IMG/VR virus record: IMGVR_UViG_3300007513_001104
Reading direction: 5' to 3' (one strand)
Source: a virus
Length of the DNA stretch: 64,000 bases
Shown here: positions 1-10,398 of the stretch, in pieces
Numbering within the stretch: the first letter of the stretch is position 1
Layout: each line of letters starts with the position of its first letter
Notes under the pieces: model-generated
What the model saw: only the letters and a program-made list of their open reading frames with translations
The model's database searches: none
What the model was told of the DNA's origin: nothing
Position numbers and translations under genes: made by a program

Positions 1-714
1 AGTTGCTCCTAATTGCAACATGTCTAATAGTTCTTTTAAATGCTCTACGATCTTTCTGGCATTAGGTTTATTAATATGACTATAACCTTCGACTAACTGT
101 TCATCCCAGTCTGATCTATCTCTAATATTACGAACTCTAACAAGCTCTACGAACTCATCATAAACATATGATATTTCCTTATGAGCCTGACTACACTCTT
201 CCTTATTAAGATTAAGAGATCTAAGTAATGACTCATTCTCCATTACCTTTTTACCTGTACTTAATCTATCTACTATCTCATCAATAGCACCTATGAATAT
301 TGGTAGCTCATTCCTTATTGGAACGACTGTCATAACCTTTCTATGTTCTTTTTCTTTTTTATATTTTTCAGCAGTCTGGTCAAAGTATGGTAATTTGCTG
401 TAAATGTATTCCCTTTGAGATTCTAACATCCAACCCACTTTAAGAGCCCACCAAGTATATTTTGAAATAGTTAAAAAGGCCCAATCAGGAGCTGCCAATG
501 TTCTTTTAATCTCATCTTTAGTCCAGCCGGATTCTTTTTTAACCCATTCCCTAAAAGACTTATAACATTCTTTATTAGGTATTTCTTGATGTATGAAGTA
601 ATCAGCTTCTTTATATATCTTAGCTCTGTCTTCTTCGGTTACTGCGAGGCTTGCTTTGCCCCAATTAGGTTCAGGTAACAGATATACCTGACGTTTACGT
701 TTAGTTCGTGCCAT
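1..714 (-). CDS. hypothetical phage protein, runs off the left edge (MARTKRKRQVYLLPEPNW...DEQLVEGYSH...)
   Basis: Hand-translated open frame from ATG at 714 to position 1. AGGAG RBS and a sigma70 promoter lie directly upstream. Not in the ORF track because its stop is outside the window. Confidence 0.85.
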   Translation of the reverse strand, partial: MARTKRKRQVYLLPEPNWGKASLAVTEEDRAKIYKEADYFIHQEIPNKECYKSFREWVKKESGWTKDEIKRTLAAPDWAFLTISKYTWWALKVGWMLESQREYIYSKLPYFDQTAEKYKKEKEHRKVMTVVPIRNELPIFIGAIDEIVDRLSTGKKVMENESLLRSLNLNKEECSQAHKEISYVYDEFVELVRVRNIRDRSDWDEQLVEGYSHINKPNARKIVEHLKELLDMLQLGAT

Positions 715-744
715 GAAAGGACTCCTTTATTAATCATACTACTA

Positions 745-773
745 ATTATAAGACCTCGTGAAGTAAAGGTCAA
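745..773 (-). promoter_or_regulatory. sigma70-type early promoter
   Basis: TTGACC-17 bp-TATAAT upstream of the 1..714 gene. Confidence 0.8.
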
Positions 774-789
774 CGGTCTAGAGTACCAA

Positions 790-1131
790 TTATTCTGAGC
801 TTTCTTCTTGCCAGGTAGATGTTTGTGGTTTGGGTGTTGTTGTTTCACCTAAGAACTTCCAGTTAAGGACTCTGTCATATGTGACTGTCCTCCAACCTTC
901 TGCATCCACATCATATACTACTAACTGCCCTGGTTTTGATCTAGACACTTGCGTGGTACTTAATTCAGGAATAACACCAGGCTTTAAAGTGCAATTCATT
1001 TCTCTTACACTTCCATCCACCTTATGAAATCTAAACTGTCCGTACCCTAATTTTAACAACCCTTCTACCTCTTGGCGGTAGTCGTCATCGTTACGTCTAG
1101 GCTCATACCCTTTCTCTTCTATGTTAGGCAT
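790..1131 (-). CDS. WYL_2 / SH3-beta-barrel (DUF2693-like) protein
   Basis: F-x-K-x-DG-x-x-R-x-M-x-CTL and VYDVDAEGWR motifs. Confidence 0.7.
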   Translation of the reverse strand: MPNIEEKGYEPRRNDDDYRQEVEGLLKLGYGQFRFHKVDGSVREMNCTLKPGVIPELSTTQVSRSKPGQLVVYDVDAEGWRTVTYDRVLNWKFLGETTTPKPQTSTWQEESSE

Positions 1132-2692
1132 CTTTCTTCTCCTTCAATTTTTGATCTATTAACCATTGTAATTCTTTCTCTTTAACTGGGTCCATCTTAG
1201 ATTCTTCACCGTATTTTGCTGGTAGCCAATCGTCTTCTGTTGGTTTAAAATTATCTAGCACTTGATTCTCTTCTATTTCTTGCCACTTCAACGTTCCTTT
1301 CATCTGCTCTGGTTCTAATGTAGTATCTTCTTCTAAGAACATATCGATATGCATGTCTTCTGTTACTTTAACAGTTTCTGGACCTAGCTCGTAATAGTCT
1401 CCTCTATCTACTGATCCTTTAGCTTGCCAGGACTCTGGGTCAGGCTTGTCTGTTGATGATATACCTACTTCTGGCACTGATTCCTTCTCAACAACATCGT
1501 CATCTAATCTTACAGGTGTTATCCTTCCACCCATTCTCTCTTTTATACTAAGGTTTGCTGCTATAACTAGAATTATAGCTAATGGGTCAAATACAAATAT
1601 TAATAATAGTATAAGGATTACTACAGCTCTATCAATATTTTCTGTTGTATCGTCGCCGTAAAGAAATTGTGCTACATATCTCACAGGGCCAACTTCCTTG
1701 TCTAAATCTCTTACAATAGCTCGTTCCTCAAACAAGTCCTCATTGTATGCTCCTATTTGGTCGTATGCCTCGTCAATAGTGGCCTGGATCTCATCTATTT
1801 GTATGTCTCTAGTTGCTGAACTCTGACTCTCATTTTCCCTTAACCTGTTTATCTCATCATTAGCTCTGTCTATGTCGCCTTGTGTGGTTTCTCTATATTG
1901 TACAATTTGGTTACGATAACCTGCTATTTGTTCCTCAGCATAACGTCTAAGTTCAACTATATCTGCGTCTATCTTTGCTCTTTCCTCTCTTTGGCTCTCT
2001 CTTACTTGTAAACCTAATGCCACATTGTCAACAGTCTCGTCTCTTCTAAAAGCTCCTGTGTCTGTTGTCGTAGTACCTTGGTTAGTATAAGATGCAACTA
2101 TAGCGTCTAAACCGTCAAGTTCTTGTTGTTTTTGTGCTAAATCTGTGTCCAAACTAGCCCTAATTTTGTCTATTTGTTCCTCAGAGTACTCTATGTCGCC
2201 TTGTATTCTTTCCCATGCCGTATCTCGTATCTCTTCCTGTTGACGTATGCTTTCTGTTACATCAAGAGTAGAACCTTGTTGGATTCTTAGTATTCTATCC
2301 TCAGCTGCTGCTATTTTGCCATTTTCTCGTTCTATTAGTTGTTCAACGCGCTCTACTTTTGCTTGTGCATCACCTGAAACTGCTGCCTGATCTAAATGTG
2401 CTTTAGATAGGAACCCGAATATACCTATTGATGTTATGATGGATAGCACTACGACAGATGTAACCATGTAGCTCTTCATTAAGAGACTGGTGCGTTGCCA
2501 ATACTGATATATCCATGATGCTGTAACAAGTTTAGCAATTTCTAATACAACACCCATAGATAAAATAGCCATAGGTAGTGCTGAGAATATAGCCATAAGT
2601 CCTACGATGGAGAAGTACGCAGCTACTGCTGATACAGCTAGTGCTGAGAATACTGTTCCTATAATAAATGTCATACTTCTAGTCTGAAACAT
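1124..2692 (-). CDS. membrane-anchored coiled-coil protein
   Basis: About 3 N-terminal TM segments, a long coiled coil, a C-terminal TM (FVFDPLAI) and an acidic tail. Start at 2692 is TAATG-coupled to the upstream stop. Confidence 0.75.
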   Translation of the reverse strand: MFQTRSMTFIIGTVFSALAVSAVAAYFSIVGLMAIFSALPMAILSMGVVLEIAKLVTASWIYQYWQRTSLLMKSYMVTSVVVLSIITSIGIFGFLSKAHLDQAAVSGDAQAKVERVEQLIERENGKIAAAEDRILRIQQGSTLDVTESIRQQEEIRDTAWERIQGDIEYSEEQIDKIRASLDTDLAQKQQELDGLDAIVASYTNQGTTTTDTGAFRRDETVDNVALGLQVRESQREERAKIDADIVELRRYAEEQIAGYRNQIVQYRETTQGDIDRANDEINRLRENESQSSATRDIQIDEIQATIDEAYDQIGAYNEDLFEERAIVRDLDKEVGPVRYVAQFLYGDDTTENIDRAVVILILLLIFVFDPLAIILVIAANLSIKERMGGRITPVRLDDDVVEKESVPEVGISSTDKPDPESWQAKGSVDRGDYYELGPETVKVTEDMHIDMFLEEDTTLEPEQMKGTLKWQEIEENQVLDNFKPTEDDWLPAKYGEESKMDPVKEKELQWLIDQKLKEKKDA

Positions 2693-3039
2693 TAGTTTAC
2701 TCCCCAATTTCTCCAAGTGGCCTGGTCTCTTGTTTTAGGCGACCATTCAATTGGTTGGAAATCTTTTAAGTGGCTGGCTCTTAATCTAACATGTAGCATA
2801 TCATTAACACAAAACTCATCATCTCTTTGTTGCCATTGCAATAAAAACTCTTGCATCTTCGCAGGTGCACGTGATGAATATTCTGCTATGATTTCTTTTG
2901 TTAATGTCTGCGTACATTCTTTAACAACCTTTGAACTACCAAAGTATTTCTCAAATAGTTTATCTGTCTTGCAGGAATATCCAATATAATATCTTCCGTC
3001 TGGAAAATAAGTACAATATACTCTATGTTTTTTAGCCAT
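2692..3039 (-). CDS. GIY-YIG-like nuclease domain protein
   Basis: RVYCTYFPDGRYYIGYS...KYFGSS. Probable start MAKKH at 3039. Confidence 0.6.
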   Translation of the reverse strand: MAKKHRVYCTYFPDGRYYIGYSCKTDKLFEKYFGSSKVVKECTQTLTKEIIAEYSSRAPAKMQEFLLQWQQRDDEFCVNDMLHVRLRASHLKDFQPIEWSPKTRDQATWRNWGVN

Positions 3040-3043
3040 ATGA

Positions 3044-3376
3044 CTATTTATGTGTTCTTTTACCGTCGAAAACACAGACAAAGTATAGATCTTCAGTACC
3101 GTCGTTAATAACTTGATGAAAGTCTCCATCCTCTATTAACTTAATATCACCTGCTTTGACTGGCCATTTAGCCTCTTCTATCTTTATTTTGCCTTCGCCT
3201 TCCACAAAAATATAAACTTCTTCTTGCCCAGGATGTGTATGTCCTGTTGTTCGTTTGCCTGGATACAGTCGTGTACTGCTTAATACCAAGTTGTTTAAGT
3301 GTGTATTGTCTTTTACTTCATAGGTATCGTTTGATTTAACGACCACACCACCTACGTCACTAATTGTTTGCTTCAT
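3044..3376 (-). CDS. cupin domain protein
   Basis: GHTHPGQEEVYIFVEGEG and FHQVIN cupin motifs. Confidence 0.85.
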   Translation of the reverse strand: MKQTISDVGGVVVKSNDTYEVKDNTHLNNLVLSSTRLYPGKRTTGHTHPGQEEVYIFVEGEGKIKIEEAKWPVKAGDIKLIEDGDFHQVINDGTEDLYFVCVFDGKRTHK

Positions 3377-3539
3377 ATTCTTCCTCATATATATCTTTCA
3401 TTTCAAATGATTGCTCTTGTTCCAATTCTTCACCACAAAATGGACAGAACTTTAAGACGTAGAAGTGATGATCGTGATCATTTTCTAAATGACCAACACC
3501 CTCACATTTCATACATTCAAATCGATCTCTACCTTCCAT
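3360..3539 (-). CDS. 59-aa zinc-ribbon protein (not in ORF track)
   Basis: Hand translation MEGRDRFECMKCEGVGHLENDHDHHFYVLKFCPFCGEELE..., with CxxC and CPFC. It fills the gap after nrdB. Confidence 0.75.
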   Translation of the reverse strand: MEGRDRFECMKCEGVGHLENDHDHHFYVLKFCPFCGEELEQEQSFEMKDIYEEEYEANN

Positions 3540-4530
3540 TCTTTGCAGCTCCCCAAACCTCTGACCAATCTCCTGTTAGAGCACCACGAGCATAATCGGT
3601 AGCTCTGTTCTCAAAGAAGTTTGTATGAGTAGGAGCGTTAATCATCTCCTCTACCCACAACAAAGGATTTCTTTTATGTTTAAATATGCCTTTCATTCCC
3701 ATTGCTATTAGCCTTCTATCTGCTATATATCTAATATATTTCTTAACTTCTTCTGGCGTCAAGTTCTCCATTGGACCCATAGCAAATGCTAGATCAATAA
3801 ACTTATCTTCTAGTTCAACCATCTTCTCTGCTATGTCGTAAATTTCTTTCTTTAATTTGTCCTTCCACAATTTTCTGTTCTCTTTTATATACTGTCTGAA
3901 TAGTTTTATCATAGATTCAGCGTGCATTGTTTCATCTACGATGCTCCATGTTATTATTTGTCCCATGCCCTTCATCTTACCGTGACGTGGAAAGTTTAGT
4001 AGCATTATAAAAGATGAGAACAGTTGCATGCCTTCAGTAAATGCTGAGAATGCTGCTATATTTGTAGCTACAGACTCTGGTGTGCCGTTAGCATTAGCTA
4101 ACTCCATGAAGTATTCATGTTTATCCGCCATAGATTGATATTCTAAAAACTCACTATAGGTAGACTCAGGCATTCCTAATGTCTCGATTAAGTGACTATA
4201 AGCTGCTATATGTAGTGCCTCCCGTGCTGCAAATCCTGATAACATCATACGAATTTCAGGTTGTGGAAAGTATGGAAGATAATTATTAACGTAACTACCT
4301 GCTACATCTATATCTCCTTGTGTAAAGAATCTAAATATATTTGTAAGGAAAGCCTTCTCAGGATCTGTTAGTTTGTCCTTCCAGTCCTTTACATCATCTG
4401 CCATAGGTACTTCTGTATGTATCCAATGTGATTGTTCGTGTTTAAGCCATGCTTCATACGCCCAAGGATAATTAAATGGTTTAAAATATGTTCTCTCTTC
4501 TGTTAATCTTGCTTTTCTAGGCCGTGCCAT
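3529..4530 (-). CDS. nrdB: class Ia ribonucleotide reductase beta subunit
   Basis: FFTQGD, REALH..AYS, DETMH di-iron motifs; NFFE..ATDY tail. Confidence 0.97.
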   Translation of the reverse strand: MARPRKARLTEERTYFKPFNYPWAYEAWLKHEQSHWIHTEVPMADDVKDWKDKLTDPEKAFLTNIFRFFTQGDIDVAGSYVNNYLPYFPQPEIRMMLSGFAAREALHIAAYSHLIETLGMPESTYSEFLEYQSMADKHEYFMELANANGTPESVATNIAAFSAFTEGMQLFSSFIMLLNFPRHGKMKGMGQIITWSIVDETMHAESMIKLFRQYIKENRKLWKDKLKKEIYDIAEKMVELEDKFIDLAFAMGPMENLTPEEVKKYIRYIADRRLIAMGMKGIFKHKRNPLLWVEEMINAPTHTNFFENRATDYARGALTGDWSEVWGAAKNGR

Positions 4531-5170
4531 AGTCTATCTCTCCTGCTTCTTTAAACCCCCATTCTCTTTCCTTACACCAAAAACATTCACCACATCTTCC
4601 ACGTATTAACTCTACGCAGCTATGTGAGAAACGACTTATATCATTCAATACATTAAATTCTTTTGCTAATAAGACTATTTGATCTTTAGTTAAGTCTGCA
4701 AAAGGTTGTAAATATATCTCACTTATAGGTGTTCCTTCGTGTTTATAATCAGAATCTCTAGCTAATAGCCTGGGTCCTGGTGTGTGATAAGAACATAAGC
4801 TCTTATAATTAGGTGGATATTCATTTACTCCATTAAATAGAACATCTGCATAGCCATTGACTATTACTTCTTTCATTCCACCTAGTAATTGTTGTTGTAC
4901 TTCTTCTCCTTGATAATCTTGTTCCCTATTCCAGTCTACACCATCTGAGTTTATTACCCAAGGATGCAACTGTTTTGTTCCATAATAATCACAAGACCAC
5001 TCTAACATTCTAGTAGCGTATGTTAATGCTCCATCTACTTTAGGTACTGTGAATGGAATACACTCTTGATTTCGTTCTAAACATTCTCCATAGACTATAT
5101 GCCACAGGATAGAACTATCTAATCCTCCTGAGACCACAACACCTATCTTTTTATCCCTAGGTATTTGCAT
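4517..5170 (-). CDS. QueC-like PP-loop ATP pyrophosphatase with Zn site
   Basis: SGGLDS PP-loop and HSC-x7-CGECFWCKER. Divergent from canonical QueC. Confidence 0.65.
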   Translation of the reverse strand: MQIPRDKKIGVVVSGGLDSSILWHIVYGECLERNQECIPFTVPKVDGALTYATRMLEWSCDYYGTKQLHPWVINSDGVDWNREQDYQGEEVQQQLLGGMKEVIVNGYADVLFNGVNEYPPNYKSLCSYHTPGPRLLARDSDYKHEGTPISEIYLQPFADLTKDQIVLLAKEFNVLNDISRFSHSCVELIRGRCGECFWCKEREWGFKEAGEIDYGTA

Positions 5171-5786
5171 TTACAAATTTAACTCCTTCAAAATAACTAT
5201 AATCTTCTTCATAAAAATTCATTACTGAATCAACTGTTTCTTCCCATGTCTTATGCAGTAAAAAATTCTCTGGCATACGGTTTAATTTATATTTTAACCA
5301 GTCATAAGCTTTCTCATGATCTTCATCTACGTAGGCAAATCCTAATTTTTGTTTATACTCTAAAACTCCTGGCTCATGCCACAATTCAGGTTGACTAATA
5401 GGATTGATTCTTTTATGACGCCGTAACCAATACCTATACATCTTCTCGCCTATTAATATTTCTTCTACGACATTTCTGTTATAAAGATAAACTCTTGCTA
5501 ACTTCACGTCTATCATACTTACACAATCTTTCTGAAAGGTAAAGTGAGGGTCTTCAAAACTTTCAGGAATATCATCTGAACCGCTGTCCACAACCATATT
5601 AATTGCACTCATCCAACGACTAAATGGATCTCTATATATTAAGAAACATTTATGAGAATCTGTTAGTCCTGCATTACCTATCTCATGGTCTTCCATTACA
5701 TATTTCATGGTCTGTGAAGCATTTTTATATATCCATAAAAAATGCTTGTCATAGTGAGGCGAATAGTATGTATTACCATTCATCAT
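5157..5786 (-). CDS. sulfotransferase family 2-like protein
   Basis: IYKNASQT (5'-PSB-like), RDPFSRWMSA (3'-PB-like), DPHF..Q. Confidence 0.6.
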   Translation of the reverse strand: MMNGNTYYSPHYDKHFLWIYKNASQTMKYVMEDHEIGNAGLTDSHKCFLIYRDPFSRWMSAINMVVDSGSDDIPESFEDPHFTFQKDCVSMIDVKLARVYLYNRNVVEEILIGEKMYRYWLRRHKRINPISQPELWHEPGVLEYKQKLGFAYVDEDHEKAYDWLKYKLNRMPENFLLHKTWEETVDSVMNFYEEDYSYFEGVKFVNANT

Positions 5787-7582
5787 TAACCCTCACAAGC
5801 TAGACATTCACCATCAGCCACGTCTCTCATATCTAATTCCTGTATTATCTCTCTTTCTATTCGTTTAGAAACTTTATCTGCCTTTCCTAACTTCTCTGAA
5901 CGGCAATAATATAACGTTTTAATACCTGACTTCCATGCTAAAAAGTGAACAGCATGTAGATATGCTATATTTGCGTCAGGCCTGAAGAAAAGATTTAAAG
6001 ATTGTGCTTGATCTATGTACTCTTGTCTATCTGCGCCATGTTCAATTAACCATCGTTGATCTATTTCCATAGATGTTTTAAATAAGCTCTTCTGTTCGTC
6101 AGATAATATTTTTAAGTGTTGTACAGAACCATCGTTGCTTATGATCGACGACCAAATATCGTCATAATTCGTTCTCGGATGTTTTTCACAATACTCTGTG
6201 ATGATTGCATCCAGGTATTTATTTTTGTTGAGGTATGCACCCGATAAGGTATCTTGCCTGTAAGCATTAGCTCTAAACGGTTCAATAGATGGCGAAGTGT
6301 TCCCCATAATAATACTACTGGAAGCATTAGGAGCAATAGCCATAACATGGCTAAAACGAACCCCTCTTCCTTTAGCATCTGGAGCCTCTCCTCTTTCTTT
6401 CCCGAGCCTTTTGTTTGCTTCATCTAATTTTCCTCTAATGTATCTAAATATTCTCAAGTTGGCACCACGTGCTTGTGCACTTTCCCATGCAATACCATTC
6501 TTTTGAAGGTAGGCATGAAATCCTAAAGCTCCAACCCCTATGCTCCTTTCACGACTAGCAGAGTATTGTGCTCTTCTAACCTGTGAGGGTGCGTTATCTA
6601 TAAAATATTGCAAGACATTATCTAACATCTCTGCAACATCGTCTAAAAATTTTGGATCTCGAACCCAGGCTGCGTAATGCTCTAGGTTCACAGACGATAA
6701 ACAACATACTGCTGTCCTTTTTTCGTCTGTTGGTAAAATAATCTCTGAACAGAGATTACTCTGATTAATTCTTAACCCTAATTCCTTTTGGAATTCAGGC
6801 ATCTGTCTATTACTTGTATCTATAAAATGTAGGTATGGTTCCCCTGTTTCCATTCTAAGTTCTAGTATCCTTTGCCATAATCCTCTGGCTGATACTGTTT
6901 CTGTTACTGCTCCTGAATGTGGGTCTGTCAAATTCCAGCCATCATCAGCATCATCATCTACCATACACCGTTCTATTATTTCCATAAAACGATCAGTTAT
7001 ATTAATTCCATGATGAAGGTTAAGACATCTCATATTAGGATCGCCTGTTGCCTTTCTCATTTCTAAAAACATTAACACATCTGGATGGGAGATATCTAGG
7101 TATGTAGCATACGAGCCTCTTCTTGTTTTGCCCTGTCTATATGCTAAACAGGACGCATCGTATGTTTTTAGGTGGGACATAACTCCTGTTGATTTATCAT
7201 CAGAACTCCTTATGCCAAATCCTATACCTACACCTCCACCTAACATTGACAACCAATTAGTCTCAGACAGGTTTTTTACTAATCCTTCTGCTGTGTCATC
7301 AATATAATTTAAGAAGCATGATATAGGCATACCACGATTAGAGCGTCCATAGGAAAGAATAGGAGTGCTGTATGAGAGCCAATGCTTACTGGCGTATTCA
7401 TATAGTCTTTGTGCATGTTCTGGATTGCTAGCAAACTGTGAACTTACATAAGCAAAACGTTCTTGAGGAGAGGTTTCCTCGTCCTTCATGTAACTTTCTC
7501 TTAATCTTTGTAATCCTAACTCATCAAATAGAGTATCACGATCCCTGTCAATTTGTATGCCTAAATAATCTTCCCTTGCCAC
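5786..7582 (-). CDS. nrdA: class Ia ribonucleotide reductase alpha subunit
   Basis: PISCF, SNLCSEI, AIAPNASS, KTLYY, C-terminal CLACEG. Confidence 0.97.
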   Translation of the reverse strand: MAREDYLGIQIDRDRDTLFDELGLQRLRESYMKDEETSPQERFAYVSSQFASNPEHAQRLYEYASKHWLSYSTPILSYGRSNRGMPISCFLNYIDDTAEGLVKNLSETNWLSMLGGGVGIGFGIRSSDDKSTGVMSHLKTYDASCLAYRQGKTRRGSYATYLDISHPDVLMFLEMRKATGDPNMRCLNLHHGINITDRFMEIIERCMVDDDADDGWNLTDPHSGAVTETVSARGLWQRILELRMETGEPYLHFIDTSNRQMPEFQKELGLRINQSNLCSEIILPTDEKRTAVCCLSSVNLEHYAAWVRDPKFLDDVAEMLDNVLQYFIDNAPSQVRRAQYSASRERSIGVGALGFHAYLQKNGIAWESAQARGANLRIFRYIRGKLDEANKRLGKERGEAPDAKGRGVRFSHVMAIAPNASSSIIMGNTSPSIEPFRANAYRQDTLSGAYLNKNKYLDAIITEYCEKHPRTNYDDIWSSIISNDGSVQHLKILSDEQKSLFKTSMEIDQRWLIEHGADRQEYIDQAQSLNLFFRPDANIAYLHAVHFLAWKSGIKTLYYCRSEKLGKADKVSKRIEREIIQELDMRDVADGECLACEG

Positions 7583-8079
7583 TCTTTTATTCCTTGTACT
7601 ACTTCTTCAAATGTTTTGTCTTTAAATGATATCCTGGCCATTACTCTTTGTTTGTCAGGATTCACCCTATGTAATATACTTGTATTCAACACCGCTGCTT
7701 CATAAGTAAATTTTCCTTCTTCATACTCTACTGCTGTAAATTGTCCTTCTAAAATAATGTTTATTGCACACTTTACACCTTTACGATTATATTGACTTTT
7801 TGTTATTTCATTATCAACATGCCAAGGATAATCAGATTCTATCCACATATATGCAGTCGTAAACTCACCCCAATCTGTTGGGTAGTGTTCTAAAAAACTC
7901 TCTCTAAACTTTGCCAATTCAGGAGTAAAATCATTATATGGTAATGCAGTTATTACTCCATAATCCTTGCCTTTATATGTGTAAGGAATTTTATATGCTT
8001 TGTCTTTTACGTTGATTGCTTCAGTTCTAAGCTTTTCAGAGTCCCAAAAGGACTTCAGTAAAGGATAGACTGGGGTCAT
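7561..8079 (-). CDS. putative DSBH / 2OG-Fe(II)-like protein
   Basis: PWHVD...CAINI...LHRV pattern (HxD...H). Confidence 0.5.
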   Translation of the reverse strand: MTPVYPLLKSFWDSEKLRTEAINVKDKAYKIPYTYKGKDYGVITALPYNDFTPELAKFRESFLEHYPTDWGEFTTAYMWIESDYPWHVDNEITKSQYNRKGVKCAINIILEGQFTAVEYEEGKFTYEAAVLNTSILHRVNPDKQRVMARISFKDKTFEEVVQGIKEWQGKII

Positions 8080-8315
8080 TTCAACTTCAACTTGTTCTTC
8101 AGCTCTGCGTTCTCTGCGTTTAACTCATTAATGCGTTTATATGCGCTAGTGAGTTGGCCTTGCATAGTATTTACTTCACCTTTAAGTAGGGTAATCATGC
8201 CATTTAGGGCTTCATCTATTTGTACTAACTTTCGTCTGTACACTTCAGCTTGTCCACCCAGGGAGATAGCATCTTCTTCAGATGTCATTGGTTTAACCAT
8301 TAACACTTCCTCCAA
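8076..8315 (-). CDS. small coiled-coil hypothetical protein
   Basis: ORF overlaps both neighbours; heptad pattern. Confidence 0.6.
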   Translation of the reverse strand: MEEVLMVKPMTSEEDAISLGGQAEVYRRKLVQIDEALNGMITLLKGEVNTMQGQLTSAYKRINELNAENAELKNKLKLK

Positions 8316-9316
8316 CTAATAAATTTAAGTTCAGCTTCCAGATTTTGGAACACATTATTACTTATAATATCTTCCATATTGACTGTCTGAACACCAGCCA
8401 ACACCATTTCATTTATATCTTTTTCCAGAATGTTGTCAGGCCATATTACGACCCTTTTACCAGACTTAATATATCTGTCAACGATGTTACAGACTTCTTT
8501 ATTCTTAGGCTGATTATCTACGATAATAATACTATCCTCTGGAAGATTTAATGTTTCTATTTTATTAAACGAAGTGCCTGCGCATGCTATACAATTATCT
8601 AAAAACAAACTGTCTAAAGGTCCTTCAACAATTTTTACAGGCTTACTTTTACTTATACAATCTAATCCAAAAACTGTTGGACTATCTTCATTTATTTTAA
8701 CCAATATGTACCTTAATGGTGAGTTACCATATGATCTTAATGTGACTGCTGTTAGGATACCTTCTTCATTAAAGAATGGTATTGCCAACCTAGATTCGTC
8801 TGACTTTATCCTGTCTTTATATTTAGGATTTAACTGACATATATCTTTAATGTTCTCTATGTGATATAACCTGTGCCATTGATCTTTAGGTATCTGTCTT
8901 TGGGTACAATACTCTACTGCCATATGACTAGCATCTAACGTATCAACTCTATCCATAAGTTTGTCAATCAATCTATCAGGAGCACCAAATTCTGGTGTCT
9001 TAAATTCAAACTCAGGTTCTTTATTGGCGCGAGGAGCTGCTACACCCTCTGAATATCTTTCCAGAATGTACTGTTTATGTAATAATGGATCTGTTATTTT
9101 TAATAACCCACCAAAGGTCTTACCGGCGTCACAATTATGACACTTGTAGAACATGTCGTTCTTTTTACGGTAAATATATCCTCGCGCCTTGTTCTTTTTC
9201 TTTGAACTGTCGCCACAGATAGGGCAACGGAAGTTAAATAGGTAATCGTCCTTACGTTTGAATCTATCAAACCGGTGTGAGATCATCATTATATATTTCA
9301 AGTCTAAGTGTAGCAT
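8300..9316 (-). CDS. gp61: T4-like DNA primase
   Basis: NFRCPICGDS...CHNC zinc domain; VEGPLDSLF and KDINEM TOPRIM motifs. Confidence 0.95.
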   Translation of the reverse strand: MLHLDLKYIMMISHRFDRFKRKDDYLFNFRCPICGDSSKKKNKARGYIYRKKNDMFYKCHNCDAGKTFGGLLKITDPLLHKQYILERYSEGVAAPRANKEPEFEFKTPEFGAPDRLIDKLMDRVDTLDASHMAVEYCTQRQIPKDQWHRLYHIENIKDICQLNPKYKDRIKSDESRLAIPFFNEEGILTAVTLRSYGNSPLRYILVKINEDSPTVFGLDCISKSKPVKIVEGPLDSLFLDNCIACAGTSFNKIETLNLPEDSIIIVDNQPKNKEVCNIVDRYIKSGKRVVIWPDNILEKDINEMVLAGVQTVNMEDIISNNVFQNLEAELKFISWRKC

Positions 9317-9325
9317 ATAGTCATA

Positions 9326-9354
9326 ATTATAGTAGATCCCGAACCTGGAATCAA
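9326..9354 (-). promoter_or_regulatory. sigma70-type promoter for primase
   Basis: TTGATT-17 bp-TATAAT, about 10 nt upstream of the primase ATG. Confidence 0.75.
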
Positions 9355-9383
9355 ATAGAATTATACCGTTTTGGTGTTCTTTA

Positions 9384-9842
9384 CTACTGTGCTAATAAAG
9401 ACACAATCTTACCCATATTGGGGAAGAGTGCAGATCCAGCGATCAAGGCTCCTAATAAGACCCATTTCCACTTCTCAAGTTGATCTATACGTTTTTCCAG
9501 ATGTGCTTGTTCTTTATCTATATGTGTGCGAAGTTTTTCAATAGCTAATAATATCTTTTCGTTATGGTCTTTTAATGAGTCGGCTGTTTCCCTGGATGCG
9601 GTTGTAATTCTAGAGTGTAACTCTTTCACTACTGCGTCTGATTCTTTTCTTCTTTCCATTCGATCTCTTTCCGATGTGTCAAGGCGTTCTTCATGCACTG
9701 CAATAGTTGCTGCTATCACCGAACTTGCCTCTCCAATTTTATCCAAAGTATTATCTAATTTACCAAGCATATGGCCTAATGAGGCGATGTCTGCTTTGAT
9801 AGTAGCTATTTCTCTGTCAGTTTTACTTGCTGCTGCTGGCAT
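9384..9842 (-). CDS. coiled-coil protein with C-terminal TM
   Basis: IAVHEERL...RIDQLEKWKWVLLG followed by a hydrophobic segment. Confidence 0.65.
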   Translation of the reverse strand: MPAAASKTDREIATIKADIASLGHMLGKLDNTLDKIGEASSVIAATIAVHEERLDTSERDRMERRKESDAVVKELHSRITTASRETADSLKDHNEKILLAIEKLRTHIDKEQAHLEKRIDQLEKWKWVLLGALIAGSALFPNMGKIVSLLAQ

Positions 9843-10398
9843 TTTTCTTTATCTTCTTATTTATTTTCGCTTTCCGTCTAAATAAACTAGGCATTCCGAT
9901 ACCTGGATATGGCCATTTTGCCAATGTTCTTACACCTGGCTCACCTCTAGGGCCTATTCCGATAGCGTCAATACCACCATGTCCTACAGCATTAGCTGCT
10001 ACTTCTTCTGTAAAATAATCTTTAAATGATATAAGATTATGCTCTAATAACTTTGCGTTCTGTTGAACGTGTTCATCGTTCATATAAAGTTCTAACAATG
10101 TTGCTACATCTTCAAAAGTGTCTTGTTCTTCATACTCCCTCATCAGTGCTAACGCTGAGGCAAAAGATAATAATCTTTTACCCTGATAGTTAGCTGAATG
10201 ATTAAGAGCATGTTGTACTTTATATACGAATTTCTGAAGCATTGAATACATGTTTAACTCTTGTGTTCCTGATGGTTCACGAAGTTTCTTTCCTGTCTTA
10301 TCTACAATGCCTGCTTTAAACGCTTCCGACTTTTCAATCGGTGTGGCCATCATCTTTAAGATTCTTAATGCTACTATTGCGTCTAATGCTCTGGACAT
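9823..10398 (-). CDS. T4-like hypothetical / virion protein
   Basis: AFKAGIVDKTGKKL motif and an internal SFKDYFTEE segment. Confidence 0.6.
   Translation of the reverse strand: MSRALDAIVALRILKMMATPIEKSEAFKAGIVDKTGKKLREPSGTQELNMYSMLQKFVYKVQHALNHSANYQGKRLLSFASALALMREYEEQDTFEDVATLLELYMNDEHVQQNAKLLEHNLISFKDYFTEEVAANAVGHGGIDAIGIGPRGEPGVRTLAKWPYPGIGMPSLFRRKAKINKKIKKNASSSK

Noticed and set aside
639-848. 69-aa minus-strand ORF
   Set aside because: It crosses a promoter and overlaps, out of frame, the real gene starting at 714.
2692-3039. Mobile homing endonuclease
   Set aside because: Only a minimal GIY-YIG-like domain, with no DNA-binding extension or intron context.
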